Shown in pieces: positions 57,982-64,000 of a DNA stretch of 64,000 bases. The notes below the pieces were generated by a model. The model did no database searches, was not told where the DNA came from, and worked only from the letters and a program-made list of their open reading frames with translations. Origin of the DNA: Narcine bancroftii (taxonomy: Eukaryota); contig NC_091476.1 of assembly GCF_036971445.1 (NCBI RefSeq), positions 58,900,001-58,964,000 on the forward strand. Reading direction: 5' to 3'. A program made the translations under genes and the position numbers. Position 1 is the stretch's first letter, and each line of letters starts with the position of its first letter.

Positions 57982-59439
57982 ACATGAAAAAAGGCAGGGA
58001 CTGTGTGCCAGCTCCTGAATGTTGGGAGAAGTGCAGCGAGTGGGAGAGTAGAGACCAGAGATAATTTCATAAATCACGACTTCCCACTTCAGTCACTGAC
58101 CAATATTGATTAAAATTCATGCTAAAATTTAAATGTCATAAAGGATCGTTTATCAATACTGTAGAATGAGCGAATTTAACTACCAGTTAATTCCAATTTA
58201 TGAAATAAATTGTATTCAAATGTGATTTTGCACAGGGAGTACCTGAGAGTTGAGTGATGTTATAACATTTGCAGGGAGAAATGTTTGCGCAAATTGGGTG
58301 AGTTCTATACATCTTAACTTTAAGTGTATGTGAGATAAAGAAAGGATCTGATGTGTAAAGTGGCTGGATCAGCCAGTTGAAGGGGGAGTGTGCATGTCCC
58401 TTTAAGTGCACTGTGGCACTTGAAATTGAGGCTTCAGGCTCTTGTCTTGCAGTTAGAGGTATGGAGTCCTATCAATACATTTAGTACATTTCTTCTACAC
58501 ATTCAGCAGTCAAGGTCCGTGAGTTTAAAGGTCACCCACCTCTGGAGAATAAAGATACCTCTGGGGATTCCTATGGGGATTCCTATAAGTTTAATCATTC
58601 ATTTCTCTGGTGCATTTTCCTCTGGAGTGAAATTAATGCCTCAGCACAATTTCTCTGTATTGCCGCTGTTATTTAATTCATGATAACTTTCCCCCATTCA
58701 TCAGGTTTATATTTAAATCCGGTAGTGCGGAAGTTACATTGTAAATAATCACGGAGGTAAACCCTGCGCAACTGGATTCATCTTAATGGAGAAATAAACC
58801 TGCGAACTGGTCTATGGTGCTGTGTGAGTACTGCAATAGGTGGAATATGATTTAAATTGGTGGCGTAGTTCAGAACAATTGGGTGCATAAGAATAATAAT
58901 ATCATTAAGAACTCACAGATCTTGTACCAGATGCTATTCAGTACATCTTGACTTAAGGACTGGAGAAATTGGCATGTTAGAATGAGATTGGCATGGCACC
59001 AATATTTCTTGATTCAATAATGACTCCACAAGCTCCAGGATTCATGCAGCAGAACTTTTAAGTGGAATATAATAGAAACTAGCCTGTACTTAAATGATTG
59101 TGTGTGCAATCTTCATAAGAACATCTTTTAACTTTTTTTGGTGCCTGTTTTACAGACTGTTTTAAATAAGGCCAGCTCCTGTGAGCTGTGGCACAAGGCA
59201 TTTTACTTAAGGCAGAACTAAAGGTTGAATATGTTTCAAGTTCTCTTGCAGGGGCTCTTGTGCTGCAATGTCTGTTATGTACTCACTCTAACAAATTGGA
59301 GGGTTGTGCCCCATACAGACAAGCAGCTCCAACTGCATTTTAATAAGGTCTAACATATTCAAAACCCATGGAAATATGGTTTGTGTTTCATTTTACAATT
59401 TTTACACTAACACAAAGGAAAGTCAGATTGTTATTCATT

Positions 59440-59700
59440 TTATTAAAATCTAGTGATTGGTTATATGTAAAAGCATGGCAAGAGGAACAACTAAAACCTG
59501 CCTGGGATGGTCCCTACTGTGTACTTTTAATTACAGACACCGCAGTACAAACAAGAGAAAAAGGCTGGACCCACATTCAAAGAATTAAACCAGCTACCGA
59601 ACCACAGAATCACGACAGTCAAACTCAACCCTCCACCTGGCGTGCAGTGCCTCATCCTTCTGACCTGAAAGTGACACTACACCGTGAAAAAGTGCCGTAA
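59440..59700 (+). pseudogene. pol: ERV-B integrase C-terminal (GPY/F) remnant
   Basis: DWLYVKAWQEEQLKPAWDGPYCVLLITDTAVQTREKGWTHIQRIKPA. Confidence 0.88.
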
Positions 59701-60055
59701 TGTTGTTTTTACCATTTATTGTATTGTTTAATTGTTGCTTCTCCATTTCTGGGACAGCACTTAATTACTCACAATGTATTAAGTCCTCCTGGGATAGGGG
59801 CAGCAGAGGTCACAATTATTTTCCTTTAGAATGTAGACAGGGCATAGATTTAATGTATAGTCATAGTGGGGTATGGGTTAACAAGGGATTCCAATACGGA
59901 CCAGGGGAACTGAACAGCTTTAGTGGAGTACATCTAATTTGTATCTTAGCCTACACAGGTATTAAAGACAGGAGTTTTAAAGCGATAGCACAAAGGACAT
60001 GGTGGGACAAAGACAGACAGAATGGTAGTCAGGATTGTACATGTTGCAGAGAGAG
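59700..60055 (+). pseudogene. env: ERV-B env N-terminal remnant
   Basis: ATG overlaps the pol stop (TAATG); hydrophobic leader MLFLPFIVLFNCCFSISG; Cys/Trp-containing SU start; runs into satellite. Confidence 0.65.
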
Positions 60056-63000
60056 AGCACCCTCCCAGTGCTCCTGGCCCGGCCTCACCGGTGCTCCTGG
60101 CCCTGCCTCCCCGGTGCTCCTGGCCCTGCTTCCCCGGTGCTCGTGGCCCGGCCTCGCAGGTGCTCCTGGCCTGGCCTCCCCGATGGTCCTGGCCCGGCCT
60201 CCCCTGTGCTCCTTGCCCGGCCTCCCAGATGCTCCTGGACCAGCCTCCCCGCCGCTCCTGTCCAGGCCTTCCCTGCACTGCAGGCCCGGCCTCCCCAGAA
60301 CTCCAGGCCCAGCCTCACCAGTACTCCAGGCCCAGCCTCACGAGTACTCCAGGCCCAGCCTCACAGTACTCCAGGCCGGGCCTCACAAGTACTCGAGGCC
60401 AAGGTCCACTAGTACTTCTGGCCAGGCTTCACCAGTACTCTAGTCGCAGCTCCCCTCATACATCAGGCCAGCCACACTAATTCTCCAGGACCAGCCACAC
60501 CAGTTTTCTAAACCCAGTCTCATGAGTACTCCAGTATTAGCCTAAGCAGACCTCCAGGCCTTTCCACTCCAGTCATCCAGGATCACGCTCACCAGATCTC
60601 CAGTCGCAGCCTCACCAGTACACCAGGACCAGCATCAGCAGTGATCCAGGCCTGGCCCCTAAAGTACTATACGTCCAGCCTGACCAGTACTCCAGGCCCA
60701 GCATTACTAATACTCCGGAACAAATATCACAAGTACACCAGGCAGAGATTCATTAGAACTTCAGGCGCGGCGTCAGCAGTAGTCCAGGCTCTGCATCAGT
60801 AGTACACCAAGCCCAGTCCCACCAGTACTTCTGGCGGGGCCTCCCCGGTGCTCCTGGAGGTGCCTCCCCGATGCTCCTGGCCCGGCCGCCCCAGTGCTCC
60901 TGGACCGGCTTCCCCGGTGCTCCTGGCCCGTCCTCGCCAGTGCTCCTGGCCCGGCCTCCCCGGTGCTCCTGGACCGGCCTCGCAGGTGCTCCTGGCCCGG
61001 CCTCCCCGGTGCTCGTGGCCCGGCCTCCCAGATGTTCCTGTCCCGGGCTGCCTGGTGCTCGTTGCCCGGCCTCCTCGGTGCTCCAGGCCTCGGCTCCCAG
61101 GTGCTCCTGGCCAGGCCTCCCCGGTGCTCCTTTCCCGGCCTCCCCAGCACTGCAGGCCCGGCCGCCCCAGTACTGCAGTCCCGGCCACCCCAGCACTCCA
61201 GGCCCTGCCTCGCCAGCACTTCAGGTCCAGCCTCCCCACTACTCCAGGCCCAGCCTCCCCAGTACTCCAGCCCCTGCCTCCCCAGTACCCCAGGCCCAGC
61301 TTCATCAGTACCCCTGGCCCAGCCTCACCATTACACTAGGCCCATCTCCCCAGTACTCCAGGCCCAGCCTCACCACTACTCCAGGCCCAGCCTCACCAGT
61401 ACTCCAGGCCCAGCCTCAACAGTACTCCTGGCCCAGCCTCACCAATACTCCTGGCCCATCCTCACCAGTACTCCAGGCCCAGCCTCGCAAGTACTCGAGG
61501 CCAAGCTCCACTAGTACTTCAGGCCAGGCTTCACCAGTACTCTAGTCCCAGCTCCCCTCGTACTTCAGGCCAGATACACTAATTCTCCAGGTCCAGCCAC
61601 ACCAGTTTTCTAGACCCAGTCTCATTAGTACTCCAGTATCAGCATCAGCAGACCTCCAGGCCTTGCCCCTCTAGTCATCCATGCTCACGCTCACCTGATC
61701 TCCAGTCCTAGCCTCACCAGTACACGAGGCCCAGCCTCAGCAGTGCTCGAGGCCTGGCCACTCTAGTACTATAGGTCCAGCCTGACCAGTACTCCAGGCC
61801 CAGCATTACTAATACTCCAGAAAAAAAATCACCAGTACACCAGGCATAGATTTATTAGAACTTCAGGCACGGCGTCAGCAGTAGCCCAGGCTCTGCATCA
61901 GTAGTACACCAAGCCCAGTCCCACCAGTGCTCCTGGCAGGGCCTCCCGGTGCTCCTGGACCGGCCACCCCGGTGCTCCTGGCCAGGCCTCCCTGGTGCTC
62001 CTTTCCCGGCCTCCCCGGTGCTCCTGGCCCGGTCTCCCCTGTGCTCCTGGCCCGGCCTCCCTGGTGCTCCTGGCCCTGCCTCCCCGGTGCTCCTGGCCCT
62101 GCCTCCCCGGTGCTCCTGGCCCTGCCTCCCCAGTGCTCCTGGCCTTGCCTCCCCGATGGTCCTGGCCCGGCCTCCCCGGTGCTCCTGGCCCGGTCTCCCC
62201 TGTGCTCCTGGCCCGGCCTCCCTGGTGCTCCTGGCCCTGCCTCCCCGGTGCTCCTGGCCCTGCCTCCCCGGTGCTCGTGGCCCGGCCTCCCCAGTGCTCC
62301 TGGCCTTGCCTCCCCGATGGTCCTGGCCCGGCCTCCCCGGTGCTCCTGGCCCGGCCTCCCAGGTGCTCCTGGACCAGCCTCCACGCCGGTCCTGTCCAGG
62401 CCTTCCCAGCACTGAAGGCCCGGTCTCCCCAGTACTGCTGGACAGGCCACCCCAGCACTCCAGGCCCGGCATCCCCAGCTCATCAGGTCCAGCCTCTCCA
62501 GTACTCCAGGCCCAGCCTCACCAGTACTCCAGGCACAGCCTCACCAGTACTCCAGGCCCAGCGTCACCAGTACTCCTGACCCAGCCTCACCAGTACTCCT
62601 GGCCCAGCCTCACCAGTACTCCTGGTACAGCCTCATCAGTACTCCAGGCCCAGCCTCACAAGTACTCAAGGCCAAGGTCCACTAGTACTTCAGGCCAGGC
62701 TTCACCAGTACTCTAGTCCCAGCTCCCCTCGTACTTCAGGCCAGCTACACTAATTCTCCAGGACCAGCCACAGCAGTTTTCTAGACCCACTCTCATTAGT
62801 ACTCCAGTATCAGCCTAAGCAGACCTCCAAGCCTTGCCCCTCTCGTCAACCAGGCTCAAGCTCACCTGATCTCCAGTCCCAGCCTCACCAGTACACCAGG
62901 ACCAGCCTCAGCAGTGCTCCAGGCCTGGCCCCTCCAATACTATACGTCCAGCCTGACCAGTACTCCAGGCCAAGCATTACTAATACTCCGCAACAAACAT

Positions 63001-64000
63001 CACAAGTATACCAGGCATAGATTCAATAGAACTTCAGGCGCGGCGTCAGCAGTAGTCCAGGCTCTGCATCAGTAGTACACCAAGCCCAGTCCCAGCAGTA
63101 CTTCTGGCGGGGCCTCCCCGGTGCTCCTGGCGGTGCTTCCCCGATGCTCCTGGCCCGGCCTCCCCGATGCTCCTGGCCCGGCCTCGCCGGTGCTCCTGGG
63201 CCGGCCTCGCCGCTGCTCCTGGCCCGGCCTCGCCGCTGCTCCTCGCCCGGCCTCACCGGTGCTCCTGCCCGGCGTACCTGGTGGTCCTGGCCCGGACTCC
63301 CCGGTGCTCCTGGCCCGGCCTCCCCGGTGCTCCTGGCCCGGCCTCCCCGGTGCTCCTGGACCGGCCTCCCCGGTGCTCCTGGCTCGGCCTCCCCAGCGCT
63401 CCAGGCCAGGCCTCCCCGTTGCTCCTGGCACGGCCTCCCCAGCACACCAGGTCCCACCTCCCCTGTACTCCAGTCCCAGCCTCCCCAGTTCTCCAGGCCC
63501 AGCCACACCAGTACTCCAAGCCCAGCCTCCCCAGTACTCCAGGCACTGCGTCCCCAGTTCTCCAGGCCCAGCCTCACCAGCACTCCAGGCCAAACTCCCC
63601 TCGTACTTCAGGCCAGTTACACTAATTCTCGAGGACCAGCCACACCAGTTTTCTAGAACCAGTCTCATTAGTACTCCAGTATCAGCCTCAGCAGACCTCC
63701 AGGCCTTGCGCCTCTAGTCATCCAGGCTCACGCTCACCTGATCTCCAGTCCAGGCCTCACCAGTACACCAGGACCAGCCGCAGCAGTGCTCCAGGCCTGG
63801 CCCCTCTAGTACTATATATCCAGCCTGACCAGTACTCCAAGCCAAGCATTACTAATACTCAGGAACAAACATCACAAGTACACCAGGCATAGATTCATTA
63901 GAACTTCAGGCACGACGTCAGCAGTCGTTCAGGCTCTGCATCAGTAGTACACCAAGCCCAGTCCCAGCAGTACTCCTGGCGGGGCCTCCCCGGTGCTCCT

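Larger units (their letters stand above)
55968..60055 (+). mobile_element. ERV-B: internally deleted, 3'-truncated class I provirus (HERV-I/ERV3-like)
   Basis: LTR, PBS, splice donor, gag, integrase C-terminus and env N-terminus in order; satellite resumes at about 60057. Confidence 0.9.
44275..64000. repeat. 23-bp GC-rich satellite/minisatellite (CCTC[C/A]CCAGTACTCCAGGCCCAG) with higher-order structure
   Basis: 23-bp period throughout; degenerate monomers at the left edge; interrupted at 48130-48369 and 55968-60055. Confidence 0.97.

Noticed and set aside
59700-60443. 247-aa env-satellite fusion protein
   Set aside because: Chance read-through from truncated env into stop-poor satellite; no evidence of function.
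44275-64000. CRISPR array or immunoglobulin switch region
   Set aside because: Head-to-tail monomers without unique spacers and no cas genes; no Ig exons and few AGCT motifs.

Overview
Gene-free, repeat-saturated vertebrate DNA; the TE repertoire suggests a fish, possibly cartilaginous (inference). There are three zones. (1) 1-33.5 kb: a degenerate (CA)n-derived array with multi-kb internal duplications and ten short N runs, carrying RTE-LINE 3' fragments, an L1-derived non-autonomous element and an isolated ERV LTR. (2) 33.5-44.3 kb: a nested TE cluster around a 5'-truncated minus-strand endogenous retrovirus (ERV-A). It joins an epsilon-like pol to an ERV3/HERV-R-type env, and the env is split by a second copy of the L1-derived element. 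(3) 44.3-64 kb: a 23-bp GC-rich satellite with homogeneous blocks and 1-2.3 kb higher-order units. It is interrupted by a 240-bp solo LTR and by a second provirus (ERV-B; HERV-I/ERV3-like gag, tRNA-Pro PBS) in which about 1.4 kb of apparently non-viral DNA replaces pro-pol. No host protein-coding gene is supported; the His/Thr-rich and Pro-rich ORFs are repeat artefacts. Family assignments rest on recognised motifs, not database searches.
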